Shown one piece after another: positions 1-13,427 of a stretch of DNA of 64,000 bases. Origin of the DNA: Bigelowiella natans CCMP2755 (lineage: Eukaryota; Protista; Cercozoa); contig ADNK01000614.1 in NCBI GenBank assembly GCA_000320545.1, positions 62,001 to 126,000 of the forward strand. The letters run 5' to 3'. The stretch's first letter is position 1. Every line of letters starts with the position of its first letter. The translations under genes and the position numbers were made by a program. The notes beneath the pieces are model-generated. The model was given only the letters and a program-made list of their open reading frames with translations. It made no database searches and was not told the DNA's origin.

Positions 1-920
1 GCCGGACAACCCCCCCCTCTCCTTTTATCTCCCCCTCCTACCAGGCATAGCCCTGGGCTTGGTTTCAGTTCTCGAATCATTTGCATGGGCGTTCTCGGTT
101 CTCTGTAGCTCTAAGGGAGGGCGATGATGAAGGTATGAAGATGTTGAACGATGATGATGATGATGATGATGATGATGATACGCATGTGTGTATGGAATAG
201 CACCTTTCGCTTCGATCCCTCTGGCTGGTGTGCTTTCAGCGCCCACGTGTTCATCAGGATTACCTAAAGAAGGCCGACAACAATTTGTGTCACCAATCGG
301 ACATGCGCTACGTGTATATTACATGTTACATATTTTAGATGTATAATAGTATTATATTGGGGGGGGGGGGGAGAAAGGAGAGAATCGTAATGAATTGATT
401 CCTGAACTTGCTGTGATATAGCGTGAGGACACGTGGGTGAGTGTGTACTACTGCCACTACCACTGCTACTACTACTGCTGCTACTACAACTAGTACCATC
501 GCACCAACTCCGAAATGTAGCATCCCCACGATCAAGCCCCCGGCACCGTATTGTGTGCCGTTGCTGCACGATATTAGGAAAGAATCATCACTCATCGTTC
601 GCGGTGTTTGTTTTTGTGTTATGTGAGGGTAACCATGGGAAGGCATAGACTCATCATCAACATCATCGACAAAAGCAGCATAAGCTGTTCGTAACTCTTA
701 CGATTAATCCTACCACTGTTTAACACTACTCCTACCTTGGATGGAAGAAAGCTGACAACCCATTTCCATTTCCTGAAGGTCGTTCGTTATACGATCAAAT
801 GCATACAACATGTACATAATCAATATACATATATTTATTTATTTATATTATGTTGGGCATTTCTAAAAATGTGCGTGTGTGCCTGTGGGTGTGTGGGTGT
901 GTGGGTGTGTGGGTGTGTGG

Positions 921-969
<49 letters not shown>

Positions 970-1353
970 TTAAAATACAAAACCTGAGAAAGCAGTGCCA
1001 CGGATGATATTGTACATGCCACCTCCCATCAACCTATGACCAGCAACACGAGATCGTACAATTCACCATCAGAGAATATCAATAAGAGAGTGAGAGGGAG
1101 AGGGGGGGGGGCTCCGGAAAATCTCTATCCTTTCATGTTAAACCTGCGCATCTATTTCGAGAGAAGGTTTATATAATATAATAAAATATTATTTGTATTT
1201 ATACCAGATGTAGGCGACGATCGCCATGCCGAAGTAAGGCAGTTTGAACTCACGAAGCTTGAAAAGCTTGTCTCCTAATAAACACCAACACAACGACAAC
1301 AACATTAAGCATACACACAAACATGGAGGGAGGGGGTGAGAGAGGGAGAGAGT

Positions 1354-1393
<40 letters not shown>

Positions 1394-1763
1394 AACAGCA
1401 GGAGGTGCATACAGATGATGCAAGCTAGCAGCAAGCAGAAGGAAGAACTATCACATTACGACGAAATGATATCTCACTACTCACTGACCACTGTAGTAAA
1501 TGCCAGCGACAATCATGCCCAGCAGGATGACCCACCCAAACAGTACGTTATACTGATAAATAATAGGAAGATCACGTAAGTTTGATGATCAAACAACAAG
1601 GGGCTACGCTGCTTGCTTGCATAGGACGAAGATTGTAAAAGAGGAGGAGGAGGAGGAGGAGGAGGAGGAGGAGGAGAGGGGTCACACCAATAGGGAAGAG
1701 AGAGAATATGTATCTGAACATTTGAAAACGGGCGCGTATCACGCTACAACATATCTCTACTTC

Positions 1764-1801
<38 letters not shown>

Positions 1802-1963
1802 ACCCCTTATCTCTCTCTACTAAATGCATATCGAAGCTAAGGTCCAGAAGACAACACGTTAATACATCGATTTCCTCCACGAGCTCCACTTCTTGCTTTG
1901 TGTGGCGGGACAAGAACTTGCGCAAATCTTCAATCTATTCGTGGATGGATGGTGGCAGGAGAG

Positions 1964-1998
<35 letters not shown>

Positions 1999-2819
1999 GA
2001 TCAGAATACAGTAGCAGAAGAGAGAAGCCACTTCTCCTCCGCTGCCTCTCCCTCATCATCATCATAATCATCGTAATAATTATCATAACTATCATCATTA
2101 TCATCATTATCACCCCCTCCTCCCCCCCCCCAAAAACCTTTCACCTCCTCGAACGTACCCCGATATTGTTGTGCGCATTGAGACGGAACTTATCCGGAAG
2201 TTTCTTGTACAGCGTCTTGACCTTTGGAGCCTTGCTGGAGGTGGTTGGTGGGACCTTTGAGGAGGAGGAGGCGGAGGTTAATAATACAAATTTAATAACA
2301 GCGAACATGAGGACGATGACGATGACGACGACACAGGAGAGAAGGAGTTTCAAAAGGAATGAATTCTCGCTTTGGAAAATTCATAACCCCCGCCCCCCAC
2401 TTCTCTCCCCCCCTTCTCCCCCCATCTCGTCTTCTTACCATGAGGAACACTGGGGCATGACTCAGGGAAACTGCGTTGAAAATCTGAGATAGTCGAGGAA
2501 ATAGTTTGAGAAGGGGTTAGAGGTTGTTTAATACGGCCACCGCGCTCATCCATCATCAATATCATCGTCGATAGTACTACTACTACTACTACTACTAATA
2601 ATAATAATAACAACGGTGAGGACATCCATGCCATGTAATGTGCTGCTGCACCTCCTGGTTGTGTTGCACGTCAACTTCCATCACGAAGGTAGGCTGAGCC
2701 AGCGAGTACTAAGAGAGGAGGAAGAGGAGGAGAAAGAGATAAGGGAGGAGGGGAAGTGGATGATGATGCTGCTTGATGAAAATTATGGCTAGAAGGGATA
2801 CTAACGATATTATCTCTTG

Positions 2820-2857
<38 letters not shown>

Positions 2858-3079
2858 ACACATACACACACACACACAACACGGGCATTGTAGCTTGATT
2901 ACGTTCATGGATTTGGCAAGCTGCACCACGGAGGGATGGACTTGATGGCAAATCGAACACTGATTTATAATGATGTGGATGATGGAAAAGGGGGGTGGGG
3001 CACAAGAGACAAGAAGGCGGGCAGTCAAACAAGGAAGAGAAACGGACCAAAAACAACATCATCTACTTCCCCCCCCCCT

Positions 3080-3126
<47 letters not shown>

Positions 3127-4614
3127 TGATCTCTTTTCCTGTCTACCCCTCGTTCTGTTCTCACCAACAATCCTCCCCTCCTCTCTCAAAACACAAACAA
3201 TACATGATGATGATATATCGTGAGCGGATGGTTATCTCCCCACTCACAACAACCAAAAACTACAACTACTAGTACCCTGTATCGAGCGCCCCTTGCTGTG
3301 AACACGACGAGAGACCAGTGTAGACGAGGGCCTGACACAAATATTGTCTTTTGCTCATACGGTGGTACGTACACTAATGTGTCGTGTCGAAAGGAGGGCA
3401 TTGGGAGCTTTTTTCCTTTCAGTAGAAGTGGAAGAAAGATCATCGTAGCAAAGCCATGAGCGACCGACCATTATTCACGTATTCCTTGTAGCTATCAGGA
3501 GCCAGACTGATGATCTTTGAAGAACTCTTCTCCACCCTCTTCCGCAACCAGGCAATCTGCCATAGAACAAGTAGACGACAAGAATCAAGTCAATATCCAA
3601 AGCTTCACTACCATCGCAGCGCCATCATCATCATATGTCTGAGTCTCCTTCAGACGAACGACCTTCTCATCCGCGGTTTCCTTGATTTCGGGAGGAATCG
3701 ATTGACCTTTTCTGTAAGGAATTGATAATGCTGTAAGAGGAGAAGGTAGTGCCCAACGAAGAACAAAAAGGACTTACGCGTTGCGTTTTTCCTGTTTCTG
3801 CTTCTTCTTCATTGCATTTAGCATCTTCTCACGCTCCTTCCGTAATAGACGTTGATTGGTGAGTTTGTCAAATGCAAATCATTGTGGATAATGTTGTAAA
3901 TGAGCTGGTTTTCAAGCAGGTGCTTTGGACCTGCTCTTTTGCCTCGCGTCGGCGCTTTTTGCGCTCCTTTTTCAGATTCTGCTTAATTTCGTAGTGTTGA
4001 TTTTTCTTGTTTGAGCCTAATGCGCAGAGAAGATCAGCTGTCAGCGGAAAGTAGTGAAGAAACTATGGATTTCCACAATTTCAAATCTAAAACTGTGTGC
4101 TGGCGTCAGCGGTACAAAATATCATTGAGAAGATGGGAGAGAACAGCATCTAGGTTCCGTCATACCATAATAAACGCTACCTCACGGAAAGGAAAGCAGT
4201 TCTATTTTGTCATGGATGGATTAAAAAATCATGGAAGTTTGCAGATTGAAGTGCAGCCAAAAATCTGCGCACTTCCAAGTGCTGCGATTGTGGCAACAGA
4301 AACGAGTCCACGCCCCCCTCTTAAATATTATTTAAAGTAGTAAATAAAGGCATAATATTGACACCCCTCCTTGCATTATTATGACTCTTGCATACATACG
4401 TTTAGCCTTTGCATCATCGACTTCGTTGCCGTAAGCTGGCGCTGGTGGGATAGAGCATTTTCGTGAGATTTCACAGACTCAAATTCAACACGCAATGAAA
4501 AATAAGTATGGCTAAGATACCTGCATGTAGAAGGAGGAGACATGTGGTGAAGATAAAGAGGAGAGGGGAGAGGCCGCAGGATCCTTTCGAGGGCCGATGC
4601 CGGTGCAGCGCCAT
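1..4614 (-). CDS. Oligosaccharyltransferase OST3/OST6 (TUSC3/MAGT1-like) subunit, multi-exon; 3' end runs off the window
   Basis: Spliced exons give a signal-like start MALHRHRPSKGSCGLSPLLFIFTTCLLLLHA (ATG 4614), then GPRLHWSLVVFTARGARYR|CSICHQVHPSVVQLAKSMN (thioredoxin-like CxxC). TM segments: YNVLFGWVILLGMIVAGIYY, PYFGMAIVAYIW|LMGGGMYNIIRGTAF (cf. SGQMWNHIRG), SNGTQYGAGGLIVGMLHFG. GT-AG introns. Confidence 0.85.
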
Positions 4615-4697
4615 TGTTGCAAGGCGATCTTTCAGCTCTTTCGGCAGTAATAATAAGTGCGCAACTTTCTGACCAGAATACAGGCCAATTATATTAA

Positions 4698-4860
4698 TGC
4701 GACAATAATTCAGGATCTGCGGTATGAATCTTCGCATTCGCCACAACAAAAAACTCACGCGCATCTGCTGGGACTTTGGTGTCTCAGATGCGGAAATTCC
4801 CTGCACTTTGATGCATCGTTCCCAATCAAAGATGCGACAAGGGTTTGTTTCATGTCGCAT
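4698..4860. promoter_or_regulatory. Cluster of a candidate promoter motif TGCGACA, including the inverted pair ATGCGACA-N13-TGTCGCAT
   Basis: Sites at 4698, 4833 and 4853 in the OST3/DUF1810 divergent spacer. The same TRCGACA motif recurs in the other six divergent spacers. Confidence 0.45.
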
Positions 4861-5074
4861 ATACGTTTTATCATCTAATTATCATATTCCGGCTTTGCGT
4901 CGAATATCACGACGACCTGGTGTGAGCACCCCATTCCCCCGGAGGCGCCTTCGCACGTAACTACTCTTTGCACGTAGCATTATTGACCTTAAATCCGTTT
5001 TTGACTGAGAGTATCTATTTTAAGAACCGACATAGGAAGTTTGAAGCTGCTGTAGAGCTCAGTCCAACCCTGTG

Positions 5075-5926
5075 ATGACGACACCAGAGGAGAAAGGGGA
5101 CCAAACTGGGGAGGGGGAGAAAGCTTGTACGAAAACACTTCAAGCGATTCTCAGTTACCAAGACAAAGCCAAGGTTAAATACCCGGAGGCTCTAGCAGAA
5201 ATACAAAAGGGTAGAAAGAGGAAGCATTGGATTTGGTAAACTTCGAAGAACACATCTCTGGAGAAGAGAAAGAATGTCATAAATAATCCGTAATAGTTGT
5301 GAGAATCAGTTTCTGATTCTTCAGAGAGATCCTTTTTTGCGTGTTGAATCATTGTATCTTCCTTCGAAATCAAATGCCATACAAAACCAGCGTTGAAGTA
5401 ATCTAGCTTTGTACACGCAAGGTATGTATTTCCATGCTGGAACAAAATCCGGAGAACAAAACTGCCAGAATGTGAGCTTCCAAACCTCGAGACTGCGATG
5501 GCTTATCTTATGAATAAAACCCTAAGAAGTCGTCTTGTAGAGATATCGGCCGCAGCCGCAAAGAGTTTGTCCAAATCCATAGAAAAATCTATCAATGAAG
5601 GGGAGGTTACGGATAAGAAGGAAATAGCTACAATCCGTCGTAAAAGTCTAATTCGCATGTTTGGCGGTATTGATTCAGTAAAGTTCAAAGAGACAATGAC
5701 ATTTTTCCTCATCGCAGCAAGAGAAAACGAGTTGGTTGGGAAAGAAAGTGATGAGATGAAGAAGGCTGCAACCATTTTCGCAGAGGGATTAAACGTGGCG
5801 ACCAATGGGAAACTACATCCCAGGACAATAGAAGTTCTGTCAATCGCACGGCCGCAATACAAAGCAGCAAGTGTTGTTCCTGACTTGTGGAGCAACGATG
5901 CATTTACAGTGCTCCCAAAGCAGTAA
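5075..5926 (+). CDS. DUF1810 (Rv1873-like) family protein, 2 exons
   Basis: YPEALAEIQKGRKRKHWIW|YVFP...AMAYLMNKTLRSRLVE...MFGGIDSVKFKETMTFF...GKLHPRT follows the DUF1810 pattern (ALAEL..GRKRSHWMWFIFP; A.AYL.HP.LG.RL; FG..D..KF.SSMTLF). One GT-AG intron at ~5236-5421. Confidence 0.8.
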
Positions 5927-6823
5927 TATGCTAGAGAATATCCTCGTTTGTTAGATGAAAATCGTGATGATAAAAAGCAATTAAAGAATAAAATGACGAA
6001 GTACACAGATTCATGCCGTCTTGTAACTGTTATGGTATACGTGTAATTTACATTCGCATGTGCAATTAAATTAGCTAGCGCAGGGCTTGAAAATAAGAGC
6101 AAAGCTTACTTCACGTGTCATGCACAACTTCCTTGCCCGTAGTGGTGGCTATTCCGACTCATCGCTTGCAACGTCGTAGTATTTCTAGATGTTGGATAGA
6201 TTTGTGAGCAGCTGACGAGCCGCTCCGCTTGAATTGAGTGCTCATATCGGGTCTGGAGAATTTTTCCTATGTTTCAATTCCAACGAACGCTTTTTCAGAA
6301 CATGCACCAGCAGCCAGTAAACATCTTCGGCATATGTTGTGACTTTTGTGGACTCTGATTGACATACGACTGTTGTAGCATTGGAAAGAGACTGCTGGTA
6401 AGAGTGCATATAGGCGATGCAGCGCATATATACAATCGATGTGTACACTCAAACATAGTGCTCATACGATGGGTACAAGCTAGACAAGCTCATATGGTTC
6501 GTACATGCCGCATTCATCCCTTCATATAGCATACAGCCATGCACGTTGCACATACATAATGTACACGGATCAAGTAGTTGCAGTGCGCAGTCCAGCGAGA
6601 CAAGCTACCTGATGTCTTTTCAGCTGTGACATCAGACGAATTTTTATCTCTCTGTGCGATGCTAGTAATATTAGTGCGCCGCTGACACGATGGTCGATGA
6701 TGGACTTGTTTATTTTATCGTGTTGGGATAGGACCTTATCATTAACATTGTTGCAGCAGTCTTTGCATTCATGGCATATGGCGCAGCTCAAACTTACCTG
6801 ACCTCTAATCATCTTGATAGTAG

Positions 6824-9106
6824 CTAGTGGTGGCCAGGTGTTGCACCTTCAGTTGTAGGGCTGTTATTCCTGGTTTTTTTCCTTATCCTGCTCTCCTCTG
6901 GATTTCCAAGTTGCCCACACGCTGCCATACCTAGCATCGTTTTGTGTGTCGATGGAAAAGCATGTTCTTACTATGTTTATATGTGAAAGAAACCCAGCAT
7001 CTACGAAAGTCCAATAGGCATTTTAAAAAAAAAGAGAGCCCTGCAGGCATCCACATGATGCGTCGTCTCGAATTCAGTAGTGCTGCTGCATGCGAATACC
7101 TTCGTCCCCGCGGCTGAGTCTCACGGTGACCGGCCGATTTGCTTGGCGTAACGTCGTCTGTTGCAATGGGGAGAAGCGATGGTTGCGCGTACGTGTGATC
7201 ATGATCGGTGCGGTTGGATTCGAGGATGCAGGCTAGCATGTCGATGCATCATTCTGGAGTGGTACAATCAGTGTGCTCTGCTATTATGTGCATACTGTTA
7301 CCTCGAATGCCCTTGTGGTTTCTCTACTTGCTCGCTGGAACGAAGCGCGGTCCTTGTCCCACGAATTGTACTCGATGAGATTGATCATGCACTTGATGTT
7401 CTTCGTCAGCTCTAAGAGGCGCTGTGCGTCTGCGGCATCGTCGTTGACGCCAGCCAGCAGTAGGTATTCGATGAGAACTAGCTCCGATCCGGAAGCAGGG
7501 TACAGCTCCTAGATAGTTTTGAGCGGTGGTGGTGGTGAGGATGATGATGATGACAATAGCGGTAACGACCCTCATTTCAATCCCCCCTTTCTGAATGCCC
7601 CCGCCCCCCCCTCTCACTTCCGCTCTCCCTCGAGAGAACGGCTGAGATTGGACAGCTGGCTCAACAACATGCTCCCCCTTCCCCTCCTATAATACCTCGA
7701 GGGTTTTGACGAGTACGGACAGGTTATAGCGGCGGTTAACGGGCATTATCCTAGATCGGACTTCATCCGTCGTTGCGTGCAGCGATATGGCCAGTCGCGC
7801 TCGAGTTATGTTTCGGAACCTGCCGTAACACAAATGTGCGTGAGCATCGCATGATACAAGATATAGATGATGTAAGTCAACGTGCGTGTAGTATCGTGGT
7901 TGTTTGTACGAAATGGGTGATTATTCATCATCAGCATCAGCAGCATCATCGTCATCATCGTAAGGAGGAGGAGGAGGAGTATGAGGAGGATGAGGAGGAG
8001 AGAGAGTAAAGTTGACTGAGTCATATGTAAGAGCAGTTGTTACAGTAGAGGGATTCTTGAGCTACAAATCCAGCAATTGCTTGGAGCTACTACGACGACT
8101 ACTACTTACTAACTAGTAGTGGTAGTAGTATCATAACCGTTTGATTTGAGGAACGAGGCCAACAGTGCTGACCGTGATCCTATCCGGTGAGAAATGGCGC
8201 GTATTAGGGCCTGGAGTGGTGAGGATATTGATTGCCTTGACGACAGAATCCATGTTGTCGAACGGTTCTCCTAATTATTTTATCATCATCATCATCATTA
8301 TTAGCAGCAGTAGTAGGCCGCCTTTAAGGACCTCATACTGTTGTGCTAAATCTGCTTGAGTCGATACTCCTCCTCCCCCCCCCCCTCCTCCTCCTCCTAC
8401 TACTACTGCTACTATTACTACTCCTACAACTGCTACTACAACAACTGCTGCTACCCATTCCCATGAAGACAATATTGGTTGCCTGCGGATAGCCTTCGGA
8501 TATTGGCAGATCGCGACGCACGGACAAAACCTATGTATGTTCAGAAACAGCTCCTAGTAATGACGAGAAAGATAAATAAAGATATTTCTAGCATAAATCT
8601 GCAAGTTTGCTTTCTCTCTCTTTCTCTCCCTCTCCTCCCTTTTCTTCTCTCAATCTATGTATATTCTTAGGTCCTTCCGTGTGCTCACCCTATTCTCTCT
8701 CGTTCTTTCCCCCCTCCCCTCCCACCCGGAGCTCCTCTCCCTCCCTTTCCCCTCAAAGGCTGTTGTCCAGATCTTCCTCAATCGTTGTTATCGGGCCACT
8801 GACCTGCTCTACAATTTGAGCAGTAGTGAGGTTTCGCCGAAGACCCATCAATCCTGGGAAAGCAGCATATTAGCTGTGAATAAATGATGCTGCTGTTATA
8901 GTAGTACTGGTGGTGGTAGTGGTGGTGGTGGTGTTAGTGGTATTAATGAAGGTGATGGTAAACAATTGAAAACCGATGTTATTTATGCTGCTTTATCACC
9001 GGTGAAGCAAAACTCACACCCCATAGCACAGCCAACCTAATCCCGTGCACCCAATTTGTACAAACGATCAATACTCGCTATCCTTATACATAGCATGTGT
9101 AGTATG

Positions 9107-9139
<33 letters not shown>

Positions 9140-10376
9140 CAAAATACAGAAACACGAACAAGAAATATAAGTAGACGGCATATCACGATGGTGTTTGTAA
9201 CACAATGATACCGCAATGATGATGATGATGATGATGATGATGTTGTGGTGGTGGTGATGATGACGACGACGACGATGACGACCTGTGAGGAGACACATAT
9301 TGTCAGACGTTTTCTGGTTCCAGAGTATAAAGTTCTCTCCATTGGAATGGCAACAGCCTCCACATTTCCCACTGAATTTAAAAGAGGGGATAGATTACTC
9401 ACGACGTGCTATAGTTGGTGCTGCTATCAACCATACAGCCTTATCACAACTGCAAAGCAGCATTAGCAGCAGTTTTAGTCTCCTCCTTATCATCAGCAAC
9501 AAGAAGAGACGAAGCCCTACCATCGGTCTTCTCCTTGTCCGGGGAGAATATGTACTTGCGGGTTCCATCAGCACACTCGGAGATCTGGGTTCGCAACACA
9601 AAACACACAAAACAGCATGGTGATGGTGATGGTGATATTGATGATGATGTCGCATGTCCACGACGTTGACAGTGAGAGTAGTTCATGACCTTTCTCCTTC
9701 AATTCTTATTCCCCTCCCTCTACTACTACCTCTCTGTTACAATAGGCTTATTCGATATCCTGCCGCTACCGATGTAATCTAATCATTACCTGATTCAATG
9801 AAAGGCCCCCATTCAGCTGCACCTGCGGAGAGCAAAAAGGAGTGAATATGACACTAAAAATAAGATAAGAAGAAAGCAAAGACAGCATTTGCACTTTGAT
9901 TTGATGCGACTGTATCTATCACAAACCTCGTCGTTGATCATACTAGAGATGAATCGAGGGGAAAAGCCGTTCGGATGGCGTTCCTTCGAGGCTTCCTCCC
10001 TACGTGAAATGGAAGCTTTTTGTCACACAGCTTTTCCTTTTTTTGCAGCACAAAAACTGTGCTAAACCATGTTCGGATGAAGCGCCCTTCCCCGTGTAAG
10101 AAACCCCACAGCTGCCATGCACGTTTTGTCGAGGTGGTGTTCTTCGGATTCAGCTCCCCTCGAATGTCGTCGAGATGTTCGAACCTAAAGATTTAAAATC
10201 AACGTGACAATGAATTATTGTCAGGGATACGGGGCTAAGGTATTCTTATATCTCTAGAACCAGTGTTCCATCTCAGATCTGCTCATTCCCTTGATGTCGT
10301 CCTTTAGTGAAGGTAGAGACAACGGCGAAGAAGGCGACAACGAGGAAGAGGAAGAAGCAACCTGAAGAGTTATGTT

Positions 10377-10417
<41 letters not shown>

Positions 10418-11027
10418 ACCGTCCATGAAGCCAGTAGCAAGCAGGATAAAATGGATAATGCTGATGATTCAGTAAAAGAATACAGCCAACCTTTGTCCGA
10501 GAGCTTATACACTTTTGATCTGAGCCTAGGAAACTTGATTCGCGCGAGGAACTAGTAGAAAACCATGTTAATATCGAAAACTCTCTCGATCATATCTCGT
10601 GCATGCAAACGACAAATTGTGCCGTAAGAAATAGGGCTTAGCTGTGTAAGGCGCTGGCTCGTTGCCATAATTTTGGGTATTTTGGCCCCGATTTGCACCG
10701 TAGAGGAAATCGGGGCGAAGTCAAGAAAGCGGCGCTGAACGTAAGTGACCCGAGTCAGTATGTTTGTTAGACTCACCGTGGGCCTTGCTGCTTGCAGTTG
10801 ACCGGCGAGATGTAGTTCACACCTCGCAACCTCATTGCAGCAGTGGGCGTGTAATGAATGCTGGCATCGCAGGAATGGCGACCGCGTAGAAGTAGTATCC
10901 TCCTCCTCTGTGGGGTAAGGAGTAATAAAATGCCGACGGCCAACACCAACGAAAATACTAGCAGCCGGGCAGAGGCTCTTTGTCTAGTTGTATCCCCCCT
11001 CCCACGGTCTCCTCCTCCAGCCACCAT
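6824..11027 (-). CDS. rlmN: RlmN-family radical SAM rRNA/tRNA methyltransferase, probably organelle (plastid)-targeted, multi-exon
   Basis: Exons give DGTRKY, VEAVAIP, TICVSSQ|[13 protein letters not shown] (CxxxCxxC), [19 protein letters not shown]|[60 protein letters not shown]|GMAACGQL, with stop at 6824. The start is uncertain; exon 10776-11027 encodes a hydrophobic leader followed by an Arg-rich stretch. Confidence 0.92.
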
Positions 11028-11245
11028 GTATGTACTCGAACCGATGTCGGGATGGCGTGCCGGGTGGGGTTCCTCACCAGTTTCGGAAGGCGAAGAAGGG
11101 CGAGGCCCGTTTGTCCGATATAATTCATGATAAAAATGGCCTGTGTTTTATCCATACGACAACAAATAAAAACGCCTAGCGGACTCCGGTAGAAACGGTA
11201 GCCAGATGAGACATATCAAATCAAAAGTGGCTACATAGAGAGAAC

Positions 11246-11286
<41 letters not shown>

Positions 11287-11376
11287 GATTTGAGAACGTT
11301 ATCGTCACCCATCGTCTCCCTCCGTGTGGCACAAAGTGTCGAGTTTACGGAAGCGGGAGGAGCAAGCTGAGACGCC

Positions 11377-11900
11377 ATGAGCTATTCCACATGCGGATGC
11401 GATATGACCTCCATCACGAACGCAATGTATGGCGTCTGCGCGGCCAAGACTACACAGGACCGCAACTATTTTGCCCCTTTGCATAACTTAACGGACCAGC
11501 AGTTCACTGAGTTCAAGGCCACATTTCTCTTCATTGTGACACTTTACGTGGGTTGGTGCTCTGAGATACTCGTCGGTGTTCCACTCATGCAGTCAGGGAA
11601 TGCTGAAGCGATACAAGCTCTATGGAAGTATGCGCAGTGTCTCTTCCCCCTATTCGTGACCATCGCTATTTACTCGGCACCCTCCTCTGTTTTTGGAATC
11701 CCATTCCTTGTCCTCGGAATGTGGAAGCTTGGCTTCCCCGAGACGACTGCATACTTCTGTCGGGCGTTAACTGGGAAGCGTGAGAAGTATGGGCTAATTG
11801 TTGCAGACTTCTGCGACGGACTTGGGCTGCTGATTCATCACTCTATGTCAGCGTTCATTATCACATTTATCGCGGCCGGGGCTAACAAACTCACACGTAA

Positions 11901-11951
<51 letters not shown>

Positions 11952-13112
11952 TACAGAGAGACAGTAGACTGACAAATGCAGTAAAAGGTGGGGAGGGAAG
12001 GGGGGAGTCATAGCAATCAAATAAAAAAATTGTAGTCTTATATTTGCGTTCTGGCCTGTGTACCATCTTGATCACTCTTAATATTATAACTTTCACCAGG
12101 CAACCTTTTGACTGCAATGATCCCACTAGTTGTGCAGCACTTGATTGTCCTCACGCGTTACTTCGCTCCAACCTTGTATAATGTCTCAATGATGTGTGCG
12201 GAGGTGTGGTTTGAGCTCGAGATGTTCGGCAGTGTTTTCACACTCGACAAGCGCTTCCAAGTTGCATCATTCATCTTTATCATCTCCCACTGGTTGTTCA
12301 TGCTTGCTGCCCTACTCAACTTACTTTATGGGGGAGAAGAAACCGCGCAGGCTGGCGAGACTGTAAAGGCCATGGAACTGCAGATGATGCAAATGCCTAC
12401 AAGGTGGCCCTTATGAGAGATTATAAGGACACATGATTTTGAAGACGCATCCCTACGCGATGTTTCCTTCTCTCCCTCTCCCTCTCCCTTTCTCTCTCTC
12501 TGTGTGTGTGCGTGTGCGGGTGTGCGTGCGTGCGAGCGTGCGCGCGCGCGTGCGTGCGTGTGCTGTGTGTATCAATGAGCCTTTTCTAAACTTGAAACAC
12601 CTAGGTCGTCGCTTGATATAAACGGCCAATCGCCGAGTGACGTCAAAAAAGAAATGGTTGAGAGCACGCGACAACTCTCTTCACCACCGGAGACGAAAAG
12701 CATGAATTCTCTGAGCGGGGGGAAAAACTCCATCTCTGTAAGCAGAGGTTACTTCGAAGCGAGTGCTGAGAGTATCATGCCGAGGGGCTATATGCCTAAT
12801 CGGAGAACAACGGTAGAAGAGTGGCGTCAGCTGTTTGGATCCAGCAAATCACTGTCCAGCCCTGCGCAAGCGAAGATACGAGCACCCGAGGGTAAAGGCG
12901 AGGAGTTTGAGGCTGGCTTCAATTTCGCAATGGAGCTAATCTCCATGAAATCGAACAGACAATCCCAGGCTAGTATCAACCTACCCAAGGGCGTTCAAAA
13001 ACTTTCTAGGTACTCAAGTGCGCCGGCTACAAATTCTGCGCGTCTCTCCAAAAGACCAGACTCGGATATAAAGGGGAGGAAGGATTTAGATAGATCGAAT
13101 ATGATGTGCTGA
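11377..13112 (+). CDS. Uncharacterised multi-pass membrane protein with a Ser-rich cytosolic tail, 3 exons
   Basis: ORFs 11377-11896, 12100-12403 and 12605-13112 splice in frame via GT-AG. About 6-7 hydrophobic segments carry WKLGFPET, GLLIHH, VQH, EVWFE and SHW. Confidence 0.75.
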
Positions 13113-13263
13113 AGTAAACGTCAGAAAAGATTAAGTACGAGAAGCAAATATAACTTTATAGGAAGCATGTGCAGACAGCTACAAGTAGTTAGGGTTTCCC
13201 GGCTCTAATATCTAAATTTCAGCCTACCTTGTCAACCTGGGCAACCCATCCCGGCGCAATAGC

Positions 13264-13427
13264 ATGCATTGGGACTGTATATGACGAGGACGACGACAAT
13301 TTAAATGCTGTCAGACATGAGTTCTAATATGTATGCAAATATATATATGAGACGGATGCATTGGGACTGTATATGACGAGGACGACGACAATTTAAATGC
13401 TGTCAGACATGAGTTCTAATATGTATG

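Noticed and set aside
2880-3280. Apparent non-canonical splice sites in OST3
   Set aside because: Resolved by a canonical AG before CSICHQ. All introns I checked are GT-AG.
6791-6801. ACTTACCTG resembling the U1 snRNA 5' end
   Set aside because: No U1 stem-loops or Sm site follow. It is the reverse complement of a splice donor (CAG/GTAAGT), possibly a 3'UTR intron of RlmN.
10685-10716. 10-bp perfect hairpin GCCCCGATTT-N12-AAATCGGGGC in an RlmN intron
   Set aside because: Single short stem with no second copy and no recognisable RNA family; could be chance.
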